DNA from: an uncultured Pseudomonadota bacterium
GTDB lineage: Bacteria > Oederibacteriota > Muellerivitia > Muellerivitales > Muellerivitaceae
NCBI GenBank assembly: GCA_963836235.1
Contig: CAWIIP010000005.1
Location: 160,001 to 224,000 of the forward strand
Direction: 5' to 3'
DNA length: 64,000 bases
Positions 30,960 through 41,607 of this stretch are shown piece after piece. A model generated the notes under the pieces. That model saw only the letters and a program-made list of their open reading frames with translations, had not been told where the DNA came from and did no database searches. Each line of letters begins with the position of its first letter. Positions within the stretch are counted from its first letter, which is position 1. The position numbers and the translations under genes were made by a program.

Positions 30960-33047
30960 TCATTGTTCCCGGATTTGAAGCTCGGCCACCGGCACGAAAC
31001 GCGGATCGGCGATGGGATAAAGGCTGTGGGTCACGGGCCAAAGGCCCTCCTTCCACGAATCCGACGCGGTCGTCGAGAACTGAACCACCGCGTCGCTCTC
31101 CCCCCGGCCCAGGAACTTATCCAAGTTCTGGTAACCGTTGCGCTCATAGAATTCGCGGTTGAAGGATTCTTTCCCGACTTCTCTTGGCGGCAGCCTTTTT
31201 TGGAGGCCTATCGTTAAGGCATAGTTTCCCGGTGGGAAATCCGACGGGATAAACAAAATCCGCTTATCTTCCAAAAGTGTTCCCGATTTGAGTTGGGCCA
31301 AGTAACCCGCCGGCGCCTCATGGATATCATGAAGCCAGAAAACCCCGTTTTTCATCCAGTAGTCCCCTTTCGGATCGATGAAAATTCCCACTACCATGTC
31401 CGACGAATCCTGAGGACCAGCCTTACGGCGAACCCAACGGTAATTCAGTTCCACGATATCCCCTGGCTTCACCTGACGCGGCCATATGTCAACGCCCTGC
31501 AATTCGATGCCGCCCCAAGCCACTAAAGGCTTTTCGTCCGGGGCCTTCTTTTTAAGGGCCGCCTCGATCCCATTGGGAACAACCGTCATCAAGGGCCCCC
31601 AGCTCCGGTAAGACCAATTCGGCGGCAAAGCCCATTGCCGGGTCACGTAAAGAGGCCGATCCTGGCTGAGACACTCATGGATTTGGGGGGCTATTCGGGA
31701 AGGATCCGTGCCGGGTTCAAGAATTCCAATATCTTTCCGGAATCCGAAGGACTGTTGGTAACCCACCACGGGGAAGTACTCATTTTCTTCTGAAGGAACA
31801 TAAAGGGCGTTCGGCTTCATGATCGTGAGGAGGTTATGGGCGTAATCCTCCGCACCTTTTTCTTTTTTCCGGTCCCAAAAATGTCCCACTTGAGAGAACT
31901 GGGCTAATAAAAAAGCAGCCAAAAGCGCGTCCACGAATACCAGGCGCAAATATCCTTTTTCAAAAAATCTTTCCACCAGGACAAGGGGAAAGACCGCCAA
32001 CAAGCCGCTGAAAACCCAGCCCAACAAAACCTGGTGAGACTCAAAGGTCGGGAACGGAATGGTAAAAACGAAAAGAGCCTCAACGGTTCCCCACCCCAAT
32101 GCCACCCAAAAGAAGAGAGGAATTTTTTCTCTCTTCCAATAAGCCAACCCTGCCCCCCAGAACAACAAAACCACGCCCAAAGGAGTCAAATCATTCCAGA
32201 AATGGGAACCCATTTGCCTTGAGGTTTCAAGAATGGTGGAGGTTGATACCGTTCCGACATATTGTGAAAATTTCATGGCCAAAACATGGCGGACAAAGGC
32301 CATCGGATGGGTCAAGTCGGCATAGGCTATGGCCGGATGCAAGGCGGACCGTAGCGGCAGATAGAGGGCCGTACTACGGCCCAACGCGAAAAAAGGAATC
32401 AGTATTAGCAAACTTTTTACTGAAAGTTTTCGATAACGAAGCTTTTCCCAAATAAAGGCCAACCCTACAAAGGGCAAACCGAAAAATTGGGTTGGCCTGA
32501 AAACTGTAGCCATCCCAAGGACAAAGAAAGCCAAGAGCCACTTACCTGATTTTTCCAAACTTAAGGCCCAAAGAAGAAACAGGCCTAACAAAAGGTGCAG
32601 TGCATAAACCAAGGGGGTTAAGGAATAGCGCCACCAAGGCTGGCTTAGGCTCCAGGCAGCGGTGAGTAGGGTCAGCCACATTTTCAACTTAGGTGAAATC
32701 TTATGATCAGCTGTTTCGATGACCCGCTCGGCTAACCGGCAGCTTAAAACCCAAAATAAAACCGCAGCCAAGGCTGAACAAACGGTAGACAAAAAACCCA
32801 GCCGGTAGGCCGGCGTTCCGAAAGGAAGTAAAAGAAAAATCTTGCCCAGAAGGTGGAACAACACCTGGCCCGAGGGATGGGAAATGCCCAGGCAAACCGT
32901 CGCGCCCACCATTTCACCGGAATCGTACCAACCGATATAAGGGGAGATCAAAAAAGAATTGAGAAGGACCAGCACGCAAAAAAAAACCGACACCCAAACC
33001 CAATCCATCCTTAAGCCGTTCTGGATATTCGTTTTCTTCGCCCTCAA
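30960..33047 (-). CDS. DUF2723 (TMEM260-like) GT-C membrane glycosyltransferase
   Basis: DSGEM...LGISHPSG motif, YLPLRS, many TM helices and a C-terminal soluble domain. Confidence 0.75.
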   Translation of the reverse strand: MRAKKTNIQNGLRMDWVWVSVFFCVLVLLNSFLISPYIGWYDSGEMVGATVCLGISHPSGQVLFHLLGKIFLLLPFGTPAYRLGFLSTVCSALAAVLFWVLSCRLAERVIETADHKISPKLKMWLTLLTAAWSLSQPWWRYSLTPLVYALHLLLGLFLLWALSLEKSGKWLLAFFVLGMATVFRPTQFFGLPFVGLAFIWEKLRYRKLSVKSLLILIPFFALGRSTALYLPLRSALHPAIAYADLTHPMAFVRHVLAMKFSQYVGTVSTSTILETSRQMGSHFWNDLTPLGVVLLFWGAGLAYWKREKIPLFFWVALGWGTVEALFVFTIPFPTFESHQVLLGWVFSGLLAVFPLVLVERFFEKGYLRLVFVDALLAAFLLAQFSQVGHFWDRKKEKGAEDYAHNLLTIMKPNALYVPSEENEYFPVVGYQQSFGFRKDIGILEPGTDPSRIAPQIHECLSQDRPLYVTRQWALPPNWSYRSWGPLMTVVPNGIEAALKKKAPDEKPLVAWGGIELQGVDIWPRQVKPGDIVELNYRWVRRKAGPQDSSDMVVGIFIDPKGDYWMKNGVFWLHDIHEAPAGYLAQLKSGTLLEDKRILFIPSDFPPGNYALTIGLQKRLPPREVGKESFNREFYERNGYQNLDKFLGRGESDAVVQFSTTASDSWKEGLWPVTHSLYPIADPRFVPVAELQIREQ

Positions 33048-35032
33048 GGACGACCCTGAAGCCGGTCAATATTGGGCTGGACTTGCCCCGAGGGATCGGG
33101 CAAGTTGAGGTCTTTCAACATGTCTCGGGCGTCCTCGAAGGCTTTCAGGGCGTTTTTCTTTCGGCCCAACGTCTCCAAAGCCTCGGCTTTGAGAAAATAT
33201 CCTGGGAGAAAATAAGGATATTGGTCGATCATTTTTTGGGCGGGCGCGATAGCTTCCTTGGCCCGCCCCATTTTCAAGAGGATGCGGGCTAGGTCGGCAT
33301 AACTGGTGGGCATTTCGGGACCTTTGGCCACCAATTGACTTTGTAAATCCAAGGCCTGTGACAATCGGCCCCGCTTGATAAGGCTTTGCACTTGATTAAC
33401 TTGGGGGTCAATGGCATAAGGAGAACATTGAATGGCCTTCTGGAAATAACTGTCCGCCAAACCAAAATGCTTTTCCCTTTCCTCTGGATTTTTAATCATC
33501 GAAGCTCTGGCGTCTTCAACGGCGCCTAAAGAATTCCAAGGGTCCATATCATTGGGCCGGAATATCAGGCTTTTACGGGCAAAAGTCTCGGCTCCATCCA
33601 AGTCCCCCGATTCTTGGTGACGGTTACTGTTGAAATCATAAATGCGGGCCATGTAATCCCGAAAGCCACCTATTCCCAATGTCCAGCCGATGAAAAAAAT
33701 GATCACAACCACAGAAACCATCAATGCTCTTCCTGAAAATTGGAAATTCACCCTTAAATCATCCTGCGCCCTCTTTTCGCGGTAAGCAAATGTCACAAAT
33801 CCCAACAATATCAAGCGGTGGGACCATTCATGAAAGGTGAAGTCCACCGTGTTGTGCAGGGTCTCGATTAAGACGAGATAAAAAGCCAGCTCCGCCGATT
33901 GAAGAGAGGACGTTGCATTTTGAAAGCTCGATGTTTTCCATGCGGCCACCGAAAACTCCCTTACGAAAGCCCAAATAAGTAAAAGAACGAGAAAAAGCGC
34001 CGGCAAACCGCATTCCGCTGCCACTTGCAAAAACTCATTATGGGCAAAGGGATTAAAGGTATTCCAAAGACCTGGCGGCCGGTAATAGGGATAAACAACG
34101 GGGTAGGTTCCGGGCCCGAATCCAAAAAGCGGCTGGGCCACCACCATCTTGAAACTACTGATCCAAACATCGATTCGGAAATAGGCCCGCGGATCACCTG
34201 TCTCAGCGCTGAGGATTCTGTTGACCATCATGGAAATGGAGGCCACCAGGAATAAAACAAATCCCCCAAAAACGAACCATTGTTTTCTCGTCCATTGGAA
34301 AATACGTTTTTCTACTTCACCCATATGAAGCAGCAAGTAAAGCACCACCACCAAAATCATGGAAGCCAAGGAACCCCGGCTCTCGGTCATTCCCCAGGCC
34401 AATAACAGAAAACCCAAACTGATCCAAGAGACGTTTTTACGGTTCAGTTTTTGGTGCGCGCCCCAAATCAAGGCTATGCCTAAAAATCCGGCGGCGATAT
34501 TCTGGTTGGGAAAAGAACCTTGGCGGGGAATGGTGACATCCACGAAATAAGGGATTCCCACCGCGTGTCCCACCGTCGTGAGAATCAACCAGCCGGCAGC
34601 CACCAAAGCCGTAAAATAAAAGACTTTCTCAAACCATGGATAAAGCCCAGGCCATTGTTTCCAAATCCATTGCAGGGAAAACCACCATAAAACAAGGGCC
34701 AAGAAACTCCGGTAGGCATAAAAGCTGTCGAAGGCTTCCTCGGAATTGATAACCGAGAGTAAAACCCATCCCGTCAAAAGCAAGAAAAGCAAATTAGAAA
34801 AATCCAGTGAAAAGGAGGAGGGGAATTCTCGATTAAAAAGGATTCGGCCCAGACATAGAAAAAAGACCGTGGTTGCGGCCAATCGCAAAACCAGATCTTG
34901 GGTTAACCAACTAGGCATGGAAGTGTTGTAAGGATAAGGAACCAGTGTCACCAGGGGAATAAGGGCTAAGAAAAGAAACCCCACCATGCGGCCGGTGGCA
35001 TCGGAAGGGAATTTCATCTGGTTTGGTCTCAT
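33044..35032 (-). CDS. O-antigen ligase/O-oligosaccharyltransferase-family membrane protein with C-terminal TPRs
   Basis: GSFPNQN..AGFL, TESRG, R..VW...QPLFGFGPGTY, AHNEFLQVAAECG; TPR tail. Confidence 0.85.
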   Translation of the reverse strand: MRPNQMKFPSDATGRMVGFLFLALIPLVTLVPYPYNTSMPSWLTQDLVLRLAATTVFFLCLGRILFNREFPSSFSLDFSNLLFLLLTGWVLLSVINSEEAFDSFYAYRSFLALVLWWFSLQWIWKQWPGLYPWFEKVFYFTALVAAGWLILTTVGHAVGIPYFVDVTIPRQGSFPNQNIAAGFLGIALIWGAHQKLNRKNVSWISLGFLLLAWGMTESRGSLASMILVVVLYLLLHMGEVEKRIFQWTRKQWFVFGGFVLFLVASISMMVNRILSAETGDPRAYFRIDVWISSFKMVVAQPLFGFGPGTYPVVYPYYRPPGLWNTFNPFAHNEFLQVAAECGLPALFLVLLLIWAFVREFSVAAWKTSSFQNATSSLQSAELAFYLVLIETLHNTVDFTFHEWSHRLILLGFVTFAYREKRAQDDLRVNFQFSGRALMVSVVVIIFFIGWTLGIGGFRDYMARIYDFNSNRHQESGDLDGAETFARKSLIFRPNDMDPWNSLGAVEDARASMIKNPEEREKHFGLADSYFQKAIQCSPYAIDPQVNQVQSLIKRGRLSQALDLQSQLVAKGPEMPTSYADLARILLKMGRAKEAIAPAQKMIDQYPYFLPGYFLKAEALETLGRKKNALKAFEDARDMLKDLNLPDPSGQVQPNIDRLQGRP

Positions 35033-35088
35033 GCCGGTATTCTACTTCTTTTGAAAGCTCAATTCACCGGCAACCGAGCACTTTTGAT

Positions 35089-38000
35089 TTAAAATCCGAT
35101 CTGTGCCCCACCACCAAACTGGTTAGAGACAAGGTTGGCTCGTCCGAGTTCACCTTGATAATTCAGCGTCACGCTGAATTCCTTGGAGAAGGCAACTCCC
35201 AAGCCGGCTCCGGCTAGAACTCCATCCTGCCCTATGGGGGGACCCGCAACAGTAAAGCTGTCGCCCGCCCCAAACCCTGCCTGGAGAGTTCCGCCTTGAT
35301 AGTTGTATTCATGCTCCCAAGTCAGGGTGATCATCGGACTCAAATTCGTTGTCCCCCATTTCCATCGCCCATCCGCCCGGACCCCCAGTTGGCTCACCAG
35401 CGAATTCTCTTCTTGATTGGGAAAAGTTAAAGGTGTAAAAGACCCCTGTTCCGAAAAACCGTTGATGTTCACTTGAGTAAATTGGAGTGAGCCCAGCGGG
35501 CCTACCGACACTTTGCCTTGCTTCCATCCGTAACCCAGTTCCATTGCACCGCTTATTTCCTGACCCTGGGTCGTACCAGATGCCGTTCCAACATAGGCTG
35601 TCCGAAGGGTGTTGTATTGGTTCAAACCGCCTTCCACCAGGGCGTCGGCGTAAAAACCACCTGCGGAATAAAGGCCGTAAAGTCCTAATTGGCCTCCGTC
35701 CGCCGATAACGTTCCACCGCTATTCAAGGTGACACTGGTATGACCATAACCCGCCAACAGGCCAATGGCCGCGTGTTTGGACAAACGATAGTCGGCCCCC
35801 GCGCCAGTGAGTCCATAGGTGGCCACTTGATAGCCAGCGGCGTTGGAATTCCCCGCCACATTGAAGAAACCACCATTGCCGGAAACAAAACCACTCCAGT
35901 CGTCCCCACCTTTCGGTTGACCCATGGAGAATTCTGCGAACGGCGTCAAGTTACCTGCAAAAAGAGGCGATCCCGATTGGGAAAATCCAGGCAGGTTAAT
36001 CATCTGGTCTACATCCGCTTTCAATTGATACAACCTCTCATTCACCAAAGTCTCTTGAAAGCGGGCGCTCTCGAACCCTGCCTGGAAGAAGGATGAAAGT
36101 CCCTCGGGCGAGACCTGGTTTTCCGCCGTTTGAAGGGCTCCCCCGGACAACGCTCCTAATTGGGACATCATGCCCATCAGTTTGGGATTAAAAACATTGG
36201 AATCCAAATCCGCCCCAATGGCCTTTTGGTTAGGCGTGGAGCTCAAGGCTAAGAACGAAGGAACAATGGATTCTAGCTCAACCCCATTGTTGTAATAGAG
36301 GGGCAAGAGACGAATATCACCCAAATTTTCTTCAATCTGTTGAAAAGTCCCCATCAGGGTTCCGGAGGAAGAAAGCACGTAGATCAAATTTCCAAGCGGG
36401 GGCATAGTCAAGCCGCCGTAAGAATAAAGGTTTAAAGTGCCGTTTAAGCTGACATTCCCCTTCACACTTATTGTGTCGTAATAGGCTGCTTGTGAACCTC
36501 CCAACCCGAGACTCAAGGTTGCCCCCGGGCCTTGTCTGTAATTGTCCCAAATCAAAAGTGCAATAGGGGAACCTGCGCTTTCCAACGTGCCGCCGTTGAC
36601 TACCACTCCTCCTAATCCCAGCGCTTGTGCGTTGCCGAAAGCTAGTGCACCCGCTTCTAAAAGAGTGCCGCCCGTGTAACTATTGGCGCCCGATAGGGTT
36701 AAGGTACCTATCCCGATCTTCGACAAGGAACCACTGGTCCCGCCATCATTTCCCCCGTCCGCAATGATCCCCAAAAGGGAAGTGTTCAGGTTATTGGATC
36801 CTACCGTCAGGTTGTTCTCGCCCAAACTGACACTGCCCGAACCCTCAACGGAACCTACCGTAACCGAAGACTCGGTTTCACCGCTGATATCCAACGAACC
36901 CGTTCCGTTTAAGATGAACCTGGCCGTACCGCCGGAAGCGGAGGTGTAAAAGTCAATTTCTCCTCCATTATTAGTCGTGATCGTGGCGCTTCCAGCGGTG
37001 GAAATATCCATGAAATTAAGATGGCTATTATTGATAATAGAGGCTTCACCCGCCATTGAACTATTATAGAAATCGAGGCCAGAGTTATTAACGATAACGG
37101 CGTTGCCCGCCGTGGCGCTGTCGATGTAATTCAGGAGAGCGTTGTTAGTGACCGATCCCGAACCTAGGGAGCCCCCGGTGTCCACCCGCAAAAGGCCGAC
37201 GTTAATCAAAGTACCACCGACATAGGTGTTATTTCCTGATAGGGTGAGGGTCCCAACTCCTGTCTTTTGCAGGGTCTCGTCACCAAAAATATTACCAGAA
37301 AAATTCCCCGAAGAAATTTGTAACAAGGCCGTGCTTCCATTCACATTGAGATTCCCAAGACCTTCTAAATCTCCAATGGAGGCAAAGGCTTGGCCTTGTA
37401 CACCAGCAGCTCCATTAACGTCTCCCGCCCCCCCACTGCCTCCAGAACCCCCTACTATCACCAACGAAGTGGAGGAAGTCCCGATGAGGCTGACCGATCC
37501 TGCGTTAAAAGAAACATTTCCGCCATTGCCGCCCGTCCCTCCATTACCGCCGGAGTCTGCGTTGCCGCCGCTACCACCATTGCCCGCGTTAAGTTGTAAA
37601 TCCGCGCCGGAATTTAGGGTCAGGTTTCCCATCGTAACGGAAAGGCCCCCGCCCACCCCACCGGAACCACCTGTCGACCCGGTGGTGGAGTCACCCCCTG
37701 AACCACCTGAACCGCTTGAGAATTGAGTCGGACCACTGATGGAATAGGTTCCAATCGTCAGGGAAGTATTCCCTCCCTGTCCGCCCGCTCCGGGAGCACT
37801 TCCCGATCCCCCACTACCGCCATTTCCACTGATCAAATTAAAATTGGAACCCGATGCCATAGACAAGGAAACTAAAGACACTCCGGCGTTCCCGCCATTG
37901 CCGCCATTAGCCAACCCACCCAAGGCCGGTCCGGAACTGTTCCCTCCTTGGCCGCCTTTGACATTAAAAACGGTGGAACTGGAAAAAGTCAGGCCTCCCC

Positions 38001-39066
38001 CGGCCACGAAAGCACCTCCGCCATTTCCACCGGATAACCCGGAGTACGCGCCCGCACCGCCTTCCACGCCAAACAGCCCCGAATAAACCGTCAAAGACCC
38101 AACGGAAACGGAAGCATCGCCACCCGAACCGCCGAACGAAACACCATTTCCACCTAAGCCCCCCTGAGCGTCAAAATGTGAACCTCCTGAAATGTAGAGG
38201 GATCCCAAGACGGCGCCGGACTGGCCACCGGCCCCACCCGTAACGCCTGAGCCGCCCGCGCCTCCATTGAGGCCAAAATTACCGAATCCCAGCGAAATGG
38301 AACCATAAGATACGGAAGCTGAACCTCCATTACCGCCCGCGGGGGCGCCCGAACCTAGGTCGGTCGCGCTTCCCCCACTGCCCGCATTTAAAATCATTTG
38401 GGCCCCGGAAAAAGTCAGGGAGGTTCCCACGATTCCTACCGAACCACCGGTGCCACCGACATCCCCCATTCCATTGGTGTCAGTCACACTGCCACCCGTC
38501 CCCGCCGTGAGGATGGCGGAATCTTGGGCGGTCCAAAACCCAACCGTCACAAAAGCACTGCCGCCATTTTGACCAATAATCCCAAGGCCACCCGTGGCAA
38601 CCGTACTTCCGGCGTTTCCGCCATTAATATTAGTGTAAACGGTGGAGGCCATGTTCCAAGCCAGGGCCGTAACGGAAGCATCCAACCCCGCGCCAAAGCC
38701 GCCGTTGTTCTGGAAATTCAAATTATTCTGCTGGGTAAAACTGTTTTGAAATAAAAGTTGGGAGCCGGGATCATCTTGTCCGGCGAGATTAAGATCCGCG
38801 CCTTGAAAAGTTACATTAGGAGAAATCATGGATAAAGGCTGGGTCAGTGTAATGGGACCAACCGAGGGATCAAAGGAAATGGCGCCATCGCCCGAAGCGT
38901 TCAAAGTGGTAACGGCCCATCCCAACGAATTACTACTCTCATCACCCGCATTACTAGTAACATCGACCAAGGTTTGGGAGAAAAGGGGCGCGGCCAGCGA
39001 GCAAGGCCCTAACAGCATTGCCAAAAAAAGAAAAACCAGGCCATACTTCGAAAAACGTTTTTTCAC
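35089..39066 (-). CDS. Autotransporter with Gly-rich passenger domain
   Basis: Signal peptide, GGxGG repeats, passenger-associated repeats (KTGVGTLTLSGNNTYVGGT; KIGIGTLTLSGANSYTGGT), C-terminal barrel ending QIGF. Confidence 0.9.
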   Translation of the reverse strand: MKKRFSKYGLVFLFLAMLLGPCSLAAPLFSQTLVDVTSNAGDESSNSLGWAVTTLNASGDGAISFDPSVGPITLTQPLSMISPNVTFQGADLNLAGQDDPGSQLLFQNSFTQQNNLNFQNNGGFGAGLDASVTALAWNMASTVYTNINGGNAGSTVATGGLGIIGQNGGSAFVTVGFWTAQDSAILTAGTGGSVTDTNGMGDVGGTGGSVGIVGTSLTFSGAQMILNAGSGGSATDLGSGAPAGGNGGSASVSYGSISLGFGNFGLNGGAGGSGVTGGAGGQSGAVLGSLYISGGSHFDAQGGLGGNGVSFGGSGGDASVSVGSLTVYSGLFGVEGGAGAYSGLSGGNGGGAFVAGGGLTFSSSTVFNVKGGQGGNSSGPALGGLANGGNGGNAGVSLVSLSMASGSNFNLISGNGGSGGSGSAPGAGGQGGNTSLTIGTYSISGPTQFSSGSGGSGGDSTTGSTGGSGGVGGGLSVTMGNLTLNSGADLQLNAGNGGSGGNADSGGNGGTGGNGGNVSFNAGSVSLIGTSSTSLVIVGGSGGSGGAGDVNGAAGVQGQAFASIGDLEGLGNLNVNGSTALLQISSGNFSGNIFGDETLQKTGVGTLTLSGNNTYVGGTLINVGLLRVDTGGSLGSGSVTNNALLNYIDSATAGNAVIVNNSGLDFYNSSMAGEASIINNSHLNFMDISTAGSATITTNNGGEIDFYTSASGGTARFILNGTGSLDISGETESSVTVGSVEGSGSVSLGENNLTVGSNNLNTSLLGIIADGGNDGGTSGSLSKIGIGTLTLSGANSYTGGTLLEAGALAFGNAQALGLGGVVVNGGTLESAGSPIALLIWDNYRQGPGATLSLGLGGSQAAYYDTISVKGNVSLNGTLNLYSYGGLTMPPLGNLIYVLSSSGTLMGTFQQIEENLGDIRLLPLYYNNGVELESIVPSFLALSSTPNQKAIGADLDSNVFNPKLMGMMSQLGALSGGALQTAENQVSPEGLSSFFQAGFESARFQETLVNERLYQLKADVDQMINLPGFSQSGSPLFAGNLTPFAEFSMGQPKGGDDWSGFVSGNGGFFNVAGNSNAAGYQVATYGLTGAGADYRLSKHAAIGLLAGYGHTSVTLNSGGTLSADGGQLGLYGLYSAGGFYADALVEGGLNQYNTLRTAYVGTASGTTQGQEISGAMELGYGWKQGKVSVGPLGSLQFTQVNINGFSEQGSFTPLTFPNQEENSLVSQLGVRADGRWKWGTTNLSPMITLTWEHEYNYQGGTLQAGFGAGDSFTVAGPPIGQDGVLAGAGLGVAFSKEFSVTLNYQGELGRANLVSNQFGGGAQIGF

Positions 39067-39152
39067 GAGAGGGCCTTTCGGTAGCGGATGTTCTAAGACC
39101 TTGCTATTTTACCCTTTCTTTTATCATTAGGAGAATCCGAAGGCATTTTTAT

Positions 39153-40316
39153 TTAGGTAGTTTTTAAGCGCTTAGTCGAGGTATTTTCATAAACCTTTTC
39201 GATTTCTTTCATCATTTCTTGGATCAAAAAAGTGCCCTTGAGGGCCCGGCGGCCCGCCTGGCCCATTTTCTTTGCCTGGTTAGGTTGGGAGAGAATTTTA
39301 AAGAGGCTTTCCGCCAACCCTTGATTGTCATGGGGTCGGTTTAAATAACCCGTAATTCCCTCTTGGACCGCCTCAGGTGTGCCGGAAACGGCCGTGGCAA
39401 CTACGGGTTTTCCGGCGGCCATGGCCTGTAAAACCACCCGGGGCAAGCCCTCATAGATAGAAGTCAAAAGAAGCGCGTCACTGGCCGCCAAAAGTTTGGC
39501 CACATCGTCCCGCCAGCCCAACATTTCAAAGTTCGGTTCCAAGTCCTTTTGCCCGATCAACCGCTGTGTTTTGGGGAGAAGTGGCCCGTCTCCGGCCCAT
39601 AAAAAAAGAACTTTTGGCAGTTTCATAGCTAAATAGCCCGCTACCTCCACCACGTCTAGGGGAGATTTCTGTTTTTTCAAATTGGAAAGCACCAACACCG
39701 TTGGCCGTCCCTGGGTTTTTAACAATTTGCGCTCTTTACGAGCTGCGGACGGAGCTAAGGAATATTCCTTGGGATTTATCCCGCTATGGATTACCTGATA
39801 TTGGTCTTTTTCGCCGATACGGGCGGCCAATCCGGCCTGCCGGTTTTCCTCGCTGACGGTGATCATCACGTTTGTAAATCGGACTGCCCAACGTTCCAGG
39901 GTTTGGTAAAGCCAGCGAATCAGGAAAAATTGCCCAGAATAGAATCCCCAACCATGGACCGTGTGGACAATATGGGGCACCCCCACTTTCTTCGCGGCCC
40001 AACGGCCCAGGATACCCGCCTTGGAACTATGGGTATGGACCAAATCGACTTTTTCGGACCAAAGAATACCGGTGATCCGGTGAAGCGCCTTCAGGTCCCA
40101 TAAAGGCCTTATGGGATGTTTCAATTCGGGGAGAAAATAGGTTTTGCAGTCCCTGATCTTCCGGGCTTCGCCATCCAAATAACCGCCGATTCCAGTAATT
40201 AGAATCACTTCATATTTTCGTCGGTCATGATGGGCACAGCAATAAAGGGTGTTCTGCTGGGCTCCCCCCAATTCCAGGCGTGTAATGATGTGGGCGACTT
40301 TCAAGTGCTTAGGCAT
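39153..40316 (-). CDS. GT4 family glycosyltransferase
   Basis: HIITRLELGGAQ, HTHSSKAG, HTVHG, EGLPRVVLQAMAAGKPVVAT. Confidence 0.92.
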   Translation of the reverse strand: MPKHLKVAHIITRLELGGAQQNTLYCCAHHDRRKYEVILITGIGGYLDGEARKIRDCKTYFLPELKHPIRPLWDLKALHRITGILWSEKVDLVHTHSSKAGILGRWAAKKVGVPHIVHTVHGWGFYSGQFFLIRWLYQTLERWAVRFTNVMITVSEENRQAGLAARIGEKDQYQVIHSGINPKEYSLAPSAARKERKLLKTQGRPTVLVLSNLKKQKSPLDVVEVAGYLAMKLPKVLFLWAGDGPLLPKTQRLIGQKDLEPNFEMLGWRDDVAKLLAASDALLLTSIYEGLPRVVLQAMAAGKPVVATAVSGTPEAVQEGITGYLNRPHDNQGLAESLFKILSQPNQAKKMGQAGRRALKGTFLIQEMMKEIEKVYENTSTKRLKTT

Positions 40317-40434
40317 TAGAAACTCCCGACTCTTTTAGCCGCAAGACAACAAGAGACTAAAGAAAGCTTGAACCCAAAAAAGCTTTTCTTTTTTGTACCT
40401 CGAGGTGACCTTGATGGTGAATATTTTTATGAGT

Positions 40435-41559
40435 TTATGCTTCTGGCGCCTCTGGAGAATGAGCGGTTTTCCCCGCCTTAGCCTTGCGGGCCGCTTTCTT
40501 CGCGGCTTTCTCATCGGCCTTAACTTCCGCTATGGCCGCCTCATCCACATCGGTGATGGGCTGCACCTGAGCCTTGATGGCCTGTTCATCATCCTCATTT
40601 TGGACGAATTTTTGCATCCATTCCCATTGACGCCCAAGCCCTTCCCTGAGGGTGGTCTTAGGTTTGCTCCCGAATATTTTTTCCAACTTGGTGGTGTCCG
40701 CCCGGGTTGAAAAAACATCGCCTTTCTGGCGCTCCAGGAAGGTCTTGGCGCAAGTCTTCCCACTGATTTCCTCCAGTATCGTCACCGCTTCCATCAATGT
40801 CGCGGGTGATCCTCCACCCACGTTCACGATTTGTCCCACGGCCGCTTCGGAAGTAACCGCCGCGGTAATGATCTCGGCCACGTCATCCACAAAAGTGAAA
40901 TCCCTCACCTGCTTGCCGTCACCATAAATGGTAAGGGCGGCATCATGCAGGATACTGTGAGAGAACCGGTTGAAAGCCATGTCGGGCCGCTGGCCGGGGC
41001 CATAAACCGAAAAGAAACGCAAGGATACGGTTGGCATCTTGTATTCCTGATGGTAAAGCTGGCATAAGTTTTCAGCCGCTAGTTTGGTGACTCCATAAGG
41101 ACTGCGGGGTTTGCACATCATTTCCTCGTGGAGAACCGCGATTTCCTCCCCCGGTTGGGGTTGGATGTCGCCGTAAACCGAGGATGAGGAGGCGTAAACA
41201 AAACGCTTCAGTTTATTGGACTTGGACTCCTCCAAAAGCTTCTGGGTCGTTTGGATATTGTTGGTGATATAGCGATGGAAAGAGGAACCCCAGGAGCCCC
41301 TCACTCCCGCTTGGGCCGCCAAATGGACGACTACTTCGGTCCCTTTGAGGACCTTGATCAAAGCCATAGTGGATAGGTTGTCCTCCACCAGTTTGAACTT
41401 GGGGTGCAAGAGAACGGGCATCAGGTTTTTCTCTTTTTGACTGCGCGAATAATAGACGTCAAAACTATCAACGCCCATGACTTCATGGCCTTCTTTTAAG
41501 AGCCTTTCCACCACATGGGAACCTATGAAACCGGCGGCGCCGGTGACAAGAATTTTCAT
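40435..41559 (-). CDS. NAD-dependent nucleotide-sugar epimerase (UDP-glucuronate 4-epimerase-like)
   Basis: GAAGFIG, HLAAQAGVR, ASSSSVYG, YGVTK, VYGPGQRPDMA. Confidence 0.92.
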   Translation of the reverse strand: MKILVTGAAGFIGSHVVERLLKEGHEVMGVDSFDVYYSRSQKEKNLMPVLLHPKFKLVEDNLSTMALIKVLKGTEVVVHLAAQAGVRGSWGSSFHRYITNNIQTTQKLLEESKSNKLKRFVYASSSSVYGDIQPQPGEEIAVLHEEMMCKPRSPYGVTKLAAENLCQLYHQEYKMPTVSLRFFSVYGPGQRPDMAFNRFSHSILHDAALTIYGDGKQVRDFTFVDDVAEIITAAVTSEAAVGQIVNVGGGSPATLMEAVTILEEISGKTCAKTFLERQKGDVFSTRADTTKLEKIFGSKPKTTLREGLGRQWEWMQKFVQNEDDEQAIKAQVQPITDVDEAAIAEVKADEKAAKKAARKAKAGKTAHSPEAPEA

Positions 41560-41607
41560 GAAAAAAATTCTCCTTTTTTATTCGGGATTATTTTAACCAC
41601 GGATGGG

